DNA of 64,000 bases from an uncultured delta proteobacterium. Its GTDB lineage: Bacteria; Desulfobacterota; RBG-13-43-22. The notes beneath the pieces are model-generated. The model was not told where the DNA came from. It ran no database searches and saw nothing but the letters and a program-made list of their open reading frames with translations. The DNA lies in NCBI GenBank assembly GCA_963711835.1, contig CAVQFQ010000015.1, positions 96,001-160,000 of the forward strand. Direction: 5' to 3'. This document shows, piece after piece, positions 30,114 to 39,084 of the stretch. The position numbers and the translations under genes are program-made. How positions within the stretch are numbered: position 1 is the stretch's first letter; each line of letters opens with the position of its first letter.

Positions 30114-31169
30114 TTAAGCTGACCCAAGTAACTTCATGAGTATGGACGGTATCTTGTCCAAGGGGACAATTTCCCGGGCCGCGCCTAATTTGATGGCGGC
30201 CTGCGGCATGCCAAAGACGGTAGAAGAAGATTGGTCCTGGACCAAGGTCTTGGCCCCCTGGTTCCGCATGGCCAGGAGGCCGCGGGCCCCATCTTCCCCC
30301 ATGCCGGTCAAAAGAAGGCCGACCCCTTTTTCGGCCGCAGCCTCGGCCAGTGAGTAAAAAAGGACATCCACCGACGGACGATGATGATTAACCGGCGGGT
30401 CCTGGCTTAGACGAAGGCAGTAGCCGGACCGATCTTTGGCGACCCGTCCATGACTGTCACCGGGCACCACCAGGGCCTCTCCCATTTTTAACCGATCTTG
30501 GTCCCTGGCTTCCCGAACCGATAATGGGGATATGTGGTCGAGATGTTCTGCAAAGGCGGCCGTGAAGGGAGAAGGCATGTGCTGGACGATAACGATAGGC
30601 GGCAACATGGCCGGGAAATGAGAAAAAAGACGGTGCAAGGCCTGGGTCCCGCCGGTGGAAGCCCCAATGCCGATAAGGTTGGGAAACGGCTGGCTCCCTA
30701 CTGAAAGCAAAGGGTGGAAAGAAGGCCTTCCTTGAAATGGGGGAAGGGGTTCGGTAAGGGGAAGGATTTTCGCCTGAGCCGTTTCCTTGACCTTTCTTAG
30801 ATACCGGTCGGGGAAGGTGTCCCTTTCTTCTTGGTCGCCCGGCTTTGGCTTGGGAATGAAATCCACGGCGCCTGAAGAAAGGGCCTGAATGGTTGTCTGG
30901 CAATTTTCTCGGGTATAGGCGCTGACCATAATCACCGGCATGGGGCGGGAGGCCATGACCTCTTTTAAAAAAGTGAGCCCGTCCATCCCGGGCATTTCCA
31001 CATCAAGGGTCATGACATCGGGCCGGACCTTTTGGAGGATGGCTCCGGCCTCGTAAGCGTCCTGGGCGGTTGAGATCTGAGCAATCTCCGGATCCGACGA
31101 AAGGATCCGGGCCAGCCACTGCCGCATCAGGGATGAATCGTCAACGATCAGGACATGTATTTTTTTCAC
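30114..31169 (-). CDS. cheB: Chemotaxis methylesterase CheB
   Basis: REC domain plus GASTGG, QHMP, HRPSVD, LTGMGEDG. Confidence 0.95.
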   Translation of the reverse strand: MKKIHVLIVDDSSLMRQWLARILSSDPEIAQISTAQDAYEAGAILQKVRPDVMTLDVEMPGMDGLTFLKEVMASRPMPVIMVSAYTRENCQTTIQALSSGAVDFIPKPKPGDQEERDTFPDRYLRKVKETAQAKILPLTEPLPPFQGRPSFHPLLSVGSQPFPNLIGIGASTGGTQALHRLFSHFPAMLPPIVIVQHMPSPFTAAFAEHLDHISPLSVREARDQDRLKMGEALVVPGDSHGRVAKDRSGYCLRLSQDPPVNHHRPSVDVLFYSLAEAAAEKGVGLLLTGMGEDGARGLLAMRNQGAKTLVQDQSSSTVFGMPQAAIKLGAAREIVPLDKIPSILMKLLGSA

Positions 31170-31190
31170 GCCATCTCCTCTATCAACCTC

Positions 31191-31772
31191 TTAAAATAAT
31201 GTAAGTGACGGAGGTTCGACCCTTCTCTGGAACAACCGGCTTTTATATTTTCCTTCCCCCTGGAGAAGCTCTTGGGGTAAGGAAGGAAGACGTTTTAAGA
31301 GGATACGTCCTTCCGGGATAAAGAGATAGATTTTTCTGGCCCAGGATCCGCCTACATCTTCTTTGATCAAAGGGATATTCTCCAACTCAAAAAACTTCCG
31401 GACAAAGCGGATGTTGGAATCGGGGATATTACCGTCCGAATGACGAAAGTTGAGCACCTGGCCGCCTCCGAAGCATTTCGCTTTGAGGGTCTTCCGATCC
31501 CCTCCTTTTTTAATGATTTCCCCGATCAGCAGTTCCATGGCAAAAAGACCATAGCGGCCGATTTCATTTAAGAGGATATCTTCCGGGGATATGATCCCGG
31601 GAAGCATAAAGTGGTTCAAACCCCCGATCCGGGTCTTTTCGTCGAAGAGACAGACGGCGATGCAGGATCCCACCAAGGTTCCGATGATCTCCGGCTGATT
31701 GGCGGCATAATATTCCCCCGGACCAAGGGTGCAAACCGGGAGATTGAATTTGGAACTAAATCCTTGGCGCAT
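31191..31772 (-). CDS. cheD: Chemoreceptor deamidase CheD
   Basis: TLVGSCIAV, GLNHFMLP, AKCFGGG, EDVGG. Confidence 0.93.
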   Translation of the reverse strand: MRQGFSSKFNLPVCTLGPGEYYAANQPEIIGTLVGSCIAVCLFDEKTRIGGLNHFMLPGIISPEDILLNEIGRYGLFAMELLIGEIIKKGGDRKTLKAKCFGGGQVLNFRHSDGNIPDSNIRFVRKFFELENIPLIKEDVGGSWARKIYLFIPEGRILLKRLPSLPQELLQGEGKYKSRLFQRRVEPPSLTLF

Positions 31773-31786
31773 GATCGGTAAAAGGG

Positions 31787-32632
31787 TCAGGGTATCCTTT
31801 GATAAACTGTTTTCCCAAGAGGTTTGAAGAGTTCTTTCAGCTCCAAAAGGTTTTCGCTGTGGCCAAGAAAAAGAAGCCCTGATGGCCGGAGGTTTTGATA
31901 AAAAAAATGCGCTACCTTTTCTCGAACCAGCGGCTGAAAATAGATCAGGACGTTTCGACAGAAGATGATCTCAAAAGGTCCCCGGCGGACAGCCGCCGGC
32001 CGGTGCAGGTTGAAGGATTCAAAGGCAATCTGTTTTTGAAGGGAGGGACGAATTTTGATTAGACCGGCCTGTTCCTGGATCCCCTTTAAAAAAAAAGATT
32101 TTAAAAAATCGGTTGGGATCGACTGGGCGGTTTTGGCAGGATAGACCCCCTTTCGGGCTTTGTGAAGGGCCTCCTGATCGATGTCGGTGGCCCAGATATT
32201 AAACCATAGAGAGGGGCGATTCCTGGCAAAATCGGACAGGGTCATGGCCAAGGAATAGGCCTCTTCTCCGGTGGCGCAACCGGCGCTCCAGAGGGAGAGC
32301 TTCCGGATAAAGGATCCGGACTCGGTCCAGGTGGGAAGGTAGCTCCGGGTCAGAAATTCAAAATGATGCTTTTCTCTGAAAAAGCGGGTCTCATTGGTGG
32401 TAATGCGGTTGATTAACTGACCTACTTCACGGCCGTGGGTGGCCGGGTCGGTCAGGACCTCCAGGTATTCGTTAAAATTGGTGCATCCCAAGGCCTTTAA
32501 GCGGGGAGTCAACCGGGAGACCAAAAAGACTTTTTTGAAATCGGAGAGTTTAATCCCTGCTTCACGAGAAATCAGTTCTTGTAAGATCTTAAAGGCCTTA
32601 TGGCTGATGGTTAAAGGGGCAGACAGGGGCAT
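31787..32632 (-). CDS. cheR: Chemotaxis methyltransferase CheR
   Basis: TTNETRFFRE, WSAGCATGEEAYS, FCRNVLIYF, GHSE. Confidence 0.95.
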   Translation of the reverse strand: MPLSAPLTISHKAFKILQELISREAGIKLSDFKKVFLVSRLTPRLKALGCTNFNEYLEVLTDPATHGREVGQLINRITTNETRFFREKHHFEFLTRSYLPTWTESGSFIRKLSLWSAGCATGEEAYSLAMTLSDFARNRPSLWFNIWATDIDQEALHKARKGVYPAKTAQSIPTDFLKSFFLKGIQEQAGLIKIRPSLQKQIAFESFNLHRPAAVRRGPFEIIFCRNVLIYFQPLVREKVAHFFYQNLRPSGLLFLGHSENLLELKELFKPLGKTVYQRIP

Positions 32633-32643
32633 CGTTATTAGGG

Positions 32644-33099
32644 CTAACCGGTTTTATCCAGGGCTTCGATTTCCTCGTCACTCAGGAGCCGATCGGCATC
32701 CAGAAGAATGACCAACCCGGATTCCTTGGTCCCGATCCCTTTGATATAAGCGCTCTGGATGGGGGTTGAAAATGCGGGCGGAGCCTGGATTTCCTCGGCG
32801 GTCAGATCCAAGACGTCGTGGGCTGCATCCACAAGGAGGCCCATCAATCTCCCGGCTAATTCCACGATGATAATAACGGTATGGGGATCATTTTCCCTCG
32901 GAGGCAGATCGAATTTTTTACGGGGATCAAAGACCGGTATGATCACTCCCCTCAGGTTCAAGATCCCTTTAATAAATTCTCCCAGGCGGGGAACCCGGGT
33001 CAAAGGACGATAGGCGATGATCTCCTTGACTTTCAATAATTCCAAGGCGTATTCCTCATGATCCAGAAAAAAAGTGATGTATTGGAGGGTTTCGGCCAT
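32644..33099 (-). CDS. cheW: CheW adaptor
   Basis: KGILNLRGVIIPVFD, GLLVDA. Confidence 0.95.
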   Translation of the reverse strand: MAETLQYITFFLDHEEYALELLKVKEIIAYRPLTRVPRLGEFIKGILNLRGVIIPVFDPRKKFDLPPRENDPHTVIIIVELAGRLMGLLVDAAHDVLDLTAEEIQAPPAFSTPIQSAYIKGIGTKESGLVILLDADRLLSDEEIEALDKTG

Positions 33100-33117
33100 G
33101 CCCCGGCTCCTTTCAGA

Positions 33118-35436
33118 TTAGAATTCCTCAAAACCCTCTTCAAGATCCAAGTCGTTTACACCCGCCGGACCCTCTTGCAGCCTGCCCTTCTTGACCAGAT
33201 CCTCCCGCAAAGGTCGTTTCACTGCCGGGGCGATTCCCCTTTTATTCCGGGGTTTAACAGGGGTATGGGTTCCCAAGGACCCGGAATGAAATTCCGGCAC
33301 CTGGTTTTCCATCTCCTCGGGAAGGATGAAGCCTTCGGTGGAGATCTGTAAGGCCCCGGCATTCTGGGCCAACATCCGGCTGGACAAGGCCAGTTCGTCA
33401 ACCAGAGAGCCATTTTGCTGGACAATATCCTGGAGTTCCAGGAGGGCCTGATTGATTTCTTCGGTGCCTTTAGACTGCTCCTGCGAGGCGACGGCAATAT
33501 GAGAGATATGGTCCGACAATCTTTCATTTAAGGTCTGGATCTTTTCCAGACTGAGACGGGTATCCCCTACCAATTTATGCACCGAACTGACCTTGTCCAG
33601 GCTGTCCTGGATCAGGGCCTGGATTTCCTTGGCCGCCTCCTGACTGCGGCGGGCCAAATTTCGGACTTCATGGGCCACCACCGCAAAGCCCTTGCCGTGT
33701 TCGCCGGCCCTGGCGGCCTCAATAGCGGCATTGAGTGCCAATAAGTTGGTCTGGAAGGTGATCTCATTAACCAGGGTGATGATTTCCGATATCTTCTGAC
33801 TGGCCTGAGAGACCTGATCCATAGAGGAATGGGTTTTTTCCAGGACCTGGTGTCCTTCCTGAGCAAAGCGGACGGCCTCTTTGGCCATCTGCTCGGCCTG
33901 CTGGGTATTGCCGGCGGTCTGGTTGATGGAAGCCGCCATCTCTTCCATAGTGGCGCTGATTTCCTCCATGGTGCTGGCCTGCTGCTGGGTTCGCTGGGAG
34001 AGGTCCTGGTTCCCGGATGATATCTGGCTGGCCGATTGGGCCACTCCCAGGGCAGCTCCCTTGGTTTGGGCGATCAGTTCACCCATTTTATCAAACATCT
34101 CATTGACCCGGGAAGAGAGCTGATCCATAAGATCCCCTTTGCCCTCCAGCAGCGCCCGCAGGGAAAGATTTCCTTCAGAAGCTTTTTGAAGGGCCAGGGA
34201 CAGCTTCTCAACCCGCTCTTCCAGGTACTTGCGTTGGGCTTCTTCCTTCCGGGCCGATTCCTTAATCTGATTTTCGGCTTCTACGATCTTGGTCGTATCT
34301 CGGAAGGTCTCGAAGGCCCCTAAAATATTCCCTTTGGAGTCTTTAAGGGGGGCGGCAGAGACCATGATGTGCATAACCTTGCCCTGTTTGGTGACGGATG
34401 ATAGGTTTATGCCGGTGGTAGCTTCCCCGGTTCGGAGGGCCTTTTTGACCGAACAGTCCGTATCACAGATATCGGACCGAAAGACGTTGTGACATTTCAT
34501 TTTACCTTCCACTTCCTCCGGGGAGAAGCCGCTGATCTTGGCCGCTATGGGATTGATATAGGTGATGGTCATCTCGGGATCGACGATAAAGAAAGGATCC
34601 GAGATAGCGAATTTGAGGCTGTTGGCGTATTCCATCTGGTTTTTTAAATTTTGGACCATGCGGTTCAAATGGTCGGCCAGGCGGCCGATGGAATCCTCTC
34701 CCTGGGGAGGGATGGTCACTTCCAGATTGCCTTGGGCGATCTCTTTAGCCCGCTCCCGCAGGGTCCGGATGCGGCGGGTTATAAGGGCGTACATTAGAAA
34801 ATAGAGGGTAACAATGATTACCAGAAGCCCGAAGACACCTGAATAGAGTATCCAGCGGCTGGAGGATTGGACGGCCCGGTAATCTTTCTGGATATTTTGG
34901 GTGATCAGGAGGCCGCCGAGTACTTTTATCTTGGGTTCATGGCACTGATGGCAGGCCGGCTCGTTCAGGATCGGCTGAAAGGAAGCGATAAATCGTTTGC
35001 CCTTTAAGGAGGTAAGCTGCCCTCCCGGCAGGGGAGTGCCTTGGGCCAGAGAGGCCTTAATTTTCTGATAGAGGTCGGGGTTGGTGATTACCTCCGAAAG
35101 GGGCTTTTTGAAATTCTCGGGTTCATCGACATAGACGGCTGTTTCGTTGGGATGGAAGATAAATCCATCCAGATTCTGGTTCGTGCTCTGCAGGGCCTCA
35201 AATTGCGTTCGCACCCCATCCATATCCCCTTTGGCCATGGGGTGGCGGATGGAGGCCAGGGTGTTTAAAAGTATGTCGTGGCCAAAGTCGGAGTAGCGGG
35301 CGATTAGCGACTGATAATGGAGACGATTAAAATAGAAGAGCAGCGAACCAACCAGCAACCCGATGGTTATAACCAGCAGAAGCAAGATCTTAAAACGCAG
35401 GCTTTTACGAAATTTTTTTAGATTCAACCAGCCCAT
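33118..35436 (-). CDS. Methyl-accepting chemotaxis protein (periplasmic CxxCH, HAMP, PAS, C-terminal pentapeptide)
   Basis: Two TM segments, [35 protein letters not shown], ends GFEEF. Confidence 0.93.
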   Translation of the reverse strand: MGWLNLKKFRKSLRFKILLLLVITIGLLVGSLLFYFNRLHYQSLIARYSDFGHDILLNTLASIRHPMAKGDMDGVRTQFEALQSTNQNLDGFIFHPNETAVYVDEPENFKKPLSEVITNPDLYQKIKASLAQGTPLPGGQLTSLKGKRFIASFQPILNEPACHQCHEPKIKVLGGLLITQNIQKDYRAVQSSSRWILYSGVFGLLVIIVTLYFLMYALITRRIRTLRERAKEIAQGNLEVTIPPQGEDSIGRLADHLNRMVQNLKNQMEYANSLKFAISDPFFIVDPEMTITYINPIAAKISGFSPEEVEGKMKCHNVFRSDICDTDCSVKKALRTGEATTGINLSSVTKQGKVMHIMVSAAPLKDSKGNILGAFETFRDTTKIVEAENQIKESARKEEAQRKYLEERVEKLSLALQKASEGNLSLRALLEGKGDLMDQLSSRVNEMFDKMGELIAQTKGAALGVAQSASQISSGNQDLSQRTQQQASTMEEISATMEEMAASINQTAGNTQQAEQMAKEAVRFAQEGHQVLEKTHSSMDQVSQASQKISEIITLVNEITFQTNLLALNAAIEAARAGEHGKGFAVVAHEVRNLARRSQEAAKEIQALIQDSLDKVSSVHKLVGDTRLSLEKIQTLNERLSDHISHIAVASQEQSKGTEEINQALLELQDIVQQNGSLVDELALSSRMLAQNAGALQISTEGFILPEEMENQVPEFHSGSLGTHTPVKPRNKRGIAPAVKRPLREDLVKKGRLQEGPAGVNDLDLEEGFEEF

Positions 35437-35544
35437 TTCATCCCCCTTGATAACGGTTTTTCTAATGTGACAATCATGACAACCTTACGCTATCCCGCAT
35501 CCTATATCTCAGATCCCGGATCCAGGATCTAGGTATTCCAAATC

Positions 35545-37647
35545 CTAATCACCAAAGATCAGGCGATCCAATCCGTAAATATCCAATATCAAACAGACAC
35601 TGCCATCGCCCAAAATGGCACCTCCGGAAATACCGGGTATGGAGCGGAAATGACTCTCCAGGCCTTTGATGACCACCTGGCGGGTCTCCAGAATTTGATC
35701 GGCCAGGACAATAAACCTGCGTCGCTGGCTGTCGAGGACCAAGCCGATCTTATCGGTCTCCCCAATGTTCCCGGCTGTTACTCGTGGCCCGGCCAGATAG
35801 TTTTCCAGAAAAATGACCGGCAAATATTCCCCCTCAAAGGGCAGCAGGGCTTCTTTGGCCTCGATGGTTTTCAGATCACCCTTCCGGATTTTTAAGGCCG
35901 CAGCGATGGAAGACAAAGGCAGGAGGTAGGCGTCTTGGCCGATCCGGATCCGGAGTCCTTCCAGAATGGACAAGGTCAAGGGTAAACTTAAGGTGATGGT
36001 GGTCCCTTGCTGCGGCTGGGAGACAATGGTAATTGTTCCCCCGAAGCGCTGGATTTGCTCGCGAACCACGTCCATCCCGACCCCACGGCCGGATATCTGG
36101 GAGACAACTTTAGCCGTGGAAAATCCAGGCAGGAGAATGAAGCGATGCAGTTCAGCCGCGGAAGGACGGGATCCGGGAGTGACGAGTTGGGATTTCAAGG
36201 CCTTTTGATAGATGGCTTCCTCATCCAGGCCCCGGCCGTCATCTCGAACCTGGATGTAAATGCGGCCTTCCCGTTGAAAGGCCTTCATTCCCAAAGTACC
36301 CTGGGGGAGTTTCCCGGCCACCCGCCGCTCCTCGGCAGGTTCGAGGCCGTGATCGATGGCGTTTCGAATAAGGTGTTTTAAGGGATCGGTGATTTGCTCA
36401 ATCAGGTCCTTATCCAGTTCGGTTTCCTCTCCTTCAAATTCGATGCGAATCTCTTTTTCTTGCTCCAGGGCCAAATCCCTGGCCAACCGGTGTAAGCGCT
36501 GGAAGGTTCCGGTCAAAGGAAACATGCGAACCCGCATCACCTGTTCCTGAATCTCTCTCAAGGTTTTTTCCACACCCTCCATTTCTTCCAGTACCAGACG
36601 AGAGGAGAGAGTCTCTGTTTGATTGGCCAAATGAGAAATTCTGGAGAAATTGACGGAGGTTTCCTCCACCAGGTTGGCCAGGAGATCCAATTTCTGGGTA
36701 GCCACCCGGATGGTCGATTTCCGCAGCCAATCCCGGCTTTTCTCCTGATCGCTCAGGAGCTGTGAAAGGGATTGGGCCGAGACCTTGTTTTGATCTACCA
36801 GGACCTCGCCGATCTTTTTCTGGGAGGCCAGGGCCTCCTGTAAATCATGGGAATCGATGTAACCTTCTTTTAGGAGGAGGTCTCCAATCCGTTGGTCCGC
36901 CAGAGAAACATCAACGCCTTCCGGGAAGTTATCGGTGACCTCTGTTATAGTAATCCGGTGGGAATCCCGGACAAAACAGAAAACATCTTCCAAGCTGGAA
37001 AGAGGCTGACGAGTACGGAAAAGGATTCCCCAGGACAAATATAGGGAAAAGGGATCGATTTCCGCAATCCCCGGAACCCTTGAGAGATCCGTTTCCACCT
37101 TGAGGACCTCACCCAGCTCCTGAAGTTCCTTAAAAAGCATCAAGGGGTCCTGACCGGAAAAGAAAAGATCTTCTTTAAAGAAGACGGAAATGGTGTAGTA
37201 TTTCTGAGGAATTTCCTTTTTGAGACCAGGCAGCGCGGCTTCCGGGGAGGTTTCCTTTATTTCGAGGCCGAGGAAGCGGTTTAATTTTTCCTGTTGTGAT
37301 TCCAGTTCAGAAGGTTCAATCGGTTCTTTCCCGTGGAAGGCCCTTTCGACCATAGTTTTCAATAGGGCTTGGCTGTTGAGGAGATGTGAAATCAGGGCGG
37401 CGGATGGAGCCAGCCGACCGCTTCGAAGCCTTTCCAAAAGGTTTTCCAGCAAGTGGGCATATTCCGAGAGGGAGTCGAATCCCACCATGGCCGCACTGCT
37501 CTTGAGGGTATGAATCCCTCGGAAGACCTCCTGAACGAAGGAAGGGTCATGAGGCCGCTCCTCCAGGGCCAAAAGGTTTTTCTCAATGCGCTGGAGCAGC
37601 TCCTCGGCTTCCGAGAAAAAAATCTCTAAGAGTTCTTTGTCTTCCAA
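35545..37647 (-). CDS. cheA: Chemotaxis histidine kinase CheA
   Basis: FRGIHTLKS Hpt, HLIRNAIDHG, DDGRG, GFST, SGRGVGMDVV, C-terminal CheW domain. Confidence 0.95.
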   Translation of the reverse strand: MEDKELLEIFFSEAEELLQRIEKNLLALEERPHDPSFVQEVFRGIHTLKSSAAMVGFDSLSEYAHLLENLLERLRSGRLAPSAALISHLLNSQALLKTMVERAFHGKEPIEPSELESQQEKLNRFLGLEIKETSPEAALPGLKKEIPQKYYTISVFFKEDLFFSGQDPLMLFKELQELGEVLKVETDLSRVPGIAEIDPFSLYLSWGILFRTRQPLSSLEDVFCFVRDSHRITITEVTDNFPEGVDVSLADQRIGDLLLKEGYIDSHDLQEALASQKKIGEVLVDQNKVSAQSLSQLLSDQEKSRDWLRKSTIRVATQKLDLLANLVEETSVNFSRISHLANQTETLSSRLVLEEMEGVEKTLREIQEQVMRVRMFPLTGTFQRLHRLARDLALEQEKEIRIEFEGEETELDKDLIEQITDPLKHLIRNAIDHGLEPAEERRVAGKLPQGTLGMKAFQREGRIYIQVRDDGRGLDEEAIYQKALKSQLVTPGSRPSAAELHRFILLPGFSTAKVVSQISGRGVGMDVVREQIQRFGGTITIVSQPQQGTTITLSLPLTLSILEGLRIRIGQDAYLLPLSSIAAALKIRKGDLKTIEAKEALLPFEGEYLPVIFLENYLAGPRVTAGNIGETDKIGLVLDSQRRRFIVLADQILETRQVVIKGLESHFRSIPGISGGAILGDGSVCLILDIYGLDRLIFGD

Positions 37648-37653
37648 TCTCGT

Positions 37654-38031
37654 CTACCGGATGAATTTTTTAACCACCCAGAGCAACTGCTCCGGTCGGA
37701 AGGGTTTCTCCAGCCAGCCGGCAGCCCCGGCCTTCTTGGCCTCTTCTTTCAGCTCCGGCTGGGTTTCGGTGCTCAGAACCAGCACCGGGATAAAACGAAA
37801 GGAAGTGACCTTGACCTCTTGGATAAACCGGATCCCGTCCATAACCGGCATATTGATATCAGTTATGATTAAGGATATGGATCGGCCCTCTTCTTTTAAA
37901 TGCGCCAGGGCGTCCAAACCCTCTTGGCCGTTTTCCGCTTCAAGGGTCTGGTAACCGGCATTCTGGAGACAGAAACTAAGGGAGGCCCGGAGAGTGGGAG
38001 AGTCGTCTATGATCAAAACAGGTGGGGGCAT
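37654..38031 (-). CDS. cheY: CheY-like response regulator
   Basis: IIDDS, ITDINMPVMDG, WLEKPF. Confidence 0.9.
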   Translation of the reverse strand: MPPPVLIIDDSPTLRASLSFCLQNAGYQTLEAENGQEGLDALAHLKEEGRSISLIITDINMPVMDGIRFIQEVKVTSFRFIPVLVLSTETQPELKEEAKKAGAAGWLEKPFRPEQLLWVVKKFIR

Positions 38032-38036
38032 ATCGC

Positions 38037-38306
38037 CTAATCCTCCATTTTAAGAAAAGAATGCAGACCCAAAAGTTTCGCCGATTCAAGGATGGCAGGA
38101 GGAACTGCTTCAAATGTAAGGGAATGATTTGCAAGGGATTTCTTAAAGGACAGCAACAATTGAAAGGCCGCTGTATCCAGGTAGGCCAGTTGGTGACAGA
38201 AAAGGGTTACCGGTCCCGATGCCTTGGAGGCAGCCAAAAGCTCCCCATGAAGGCCTTCAATATTTTGGAGGGTAATCTCACCTGCCAGGTTGATGGTAAA
38301 GGCCAT
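38037..38306 (-). CDS. STAS domain protein
   Basis: LAGEITL, YLDTAAFQLL; first gene of the che operon. Confidence 0.85.
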   Translation of the reverse strand: MAFTINLAGEITLQNIEGLHGELLAASKASGPVTLFCHQLAYLDTAAFQLLLSFKKSLANHSLTFEAVPPAILESAKLLGLHSFLKMED

Positions 38307-38466
38307 AGGGGAGTCGCCTTGAAGCTCCTTTCTTTACGGACCGGTGGATCGCTGGTGTTGGGTATCCTCCCTATCTAACACAAAAAAAGAGTAAGTCAAT
38401 TAAAATAGAATCAGGCCGGCGGTTGGAAAACATCCGAAAAAACCCATTGACTCCGGCATATCTTTG

Positions 38467-38482
38467 ATGCATATTAATGCAT
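38467..38482. promoter_or_regulatory. Probable vapBC auto-operator
   Basis: ATGCAT-ATTA-ATGCAT just upstream of vapB. Confidence 0.55.
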
Positions 38483-38511
38483 ATAGATCTGAATATGGAA
38501 TGGGGGCGGGG

Positions 38512-38709
38512 ATGAGGACGACACTGAACATAAAAGACGAGCTGCTGGAGAAGGCCTCCCGCTTGACCGGCGTTGAGGAAAAAACGGCCCTGGTCATGCT
38601 GGGGCTGGAGGCCCTGATAGCCAAGGAGAGCGCCAAGAGGCTGGCCAAACTGGGAGGTACGGAAAGGCAACTGGCGGGAATTCCGCGCCGGAGATCGGCT
38701 GACAAGTAA
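38512..38709 (+). CDS. vapB: VapB antitoxin
   Basis: MRTTLNIKDELLEKA...EKTALV..GLEALI; directly upstream of a PIN toxin. Confidence 0.88.
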   Translation: MRTTLNIKDELLEKASRLTGVEEKTALVMLGLEALIAKESAKRLAKLGGTERQLAGIPRRRSADK

Positions 38710-38710
38710 G

Positions 38711-39070
38711 ATGGTCCTGGTTGATACTTCTGTCTGGGTGGCTCATCTCAGGGCAGGGAACATCGGCCTGGAGGGGCTGCTGGCTGAAGGTCGGATCGTC
38801 TGCCATCCCTTCATCATTGGTGAACTGGCCTGCGGGAACCTGAAAAACCGGTCTGAAATCCTGGCGCTGCTTCGGGCTCTGCCTTCGGTTGTCGCCGCAG
38901 AACATGACGAGGTGATGGGGTTCATTGATGATCGTCGTCTGATGGGAAAAGGGCTGGGTTTGATCGATATGCATCTTCTGGCGTCTGCTGTCCTGAGCGA
39001 GGTAAGACTTTGGACACTCGACAAGAACCTTTCTCAGGCGGCAAGGCAACTGGGATTGGCCCACTTATAA
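38711..39070 (+). CDS. vapC: VapC PIN-domain toxin
   Basis: LVDTSVWV, IGELACG, DMHLLAS, WTLDK. Confidence 0.9.
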   Translation: MVLVDTSVWVAHLRAGNIGLEGLLAEGRIVCHPFIIGELACGNLKNRSEILALLRALPSVVAAEHDEVMGFIDDRRLMGKGLGLIDMHLLASAVLSEVRLWTLDKNLSQAARQLGLAHL

Positions 39071-39084
39071 GAACCTCGCACGAT

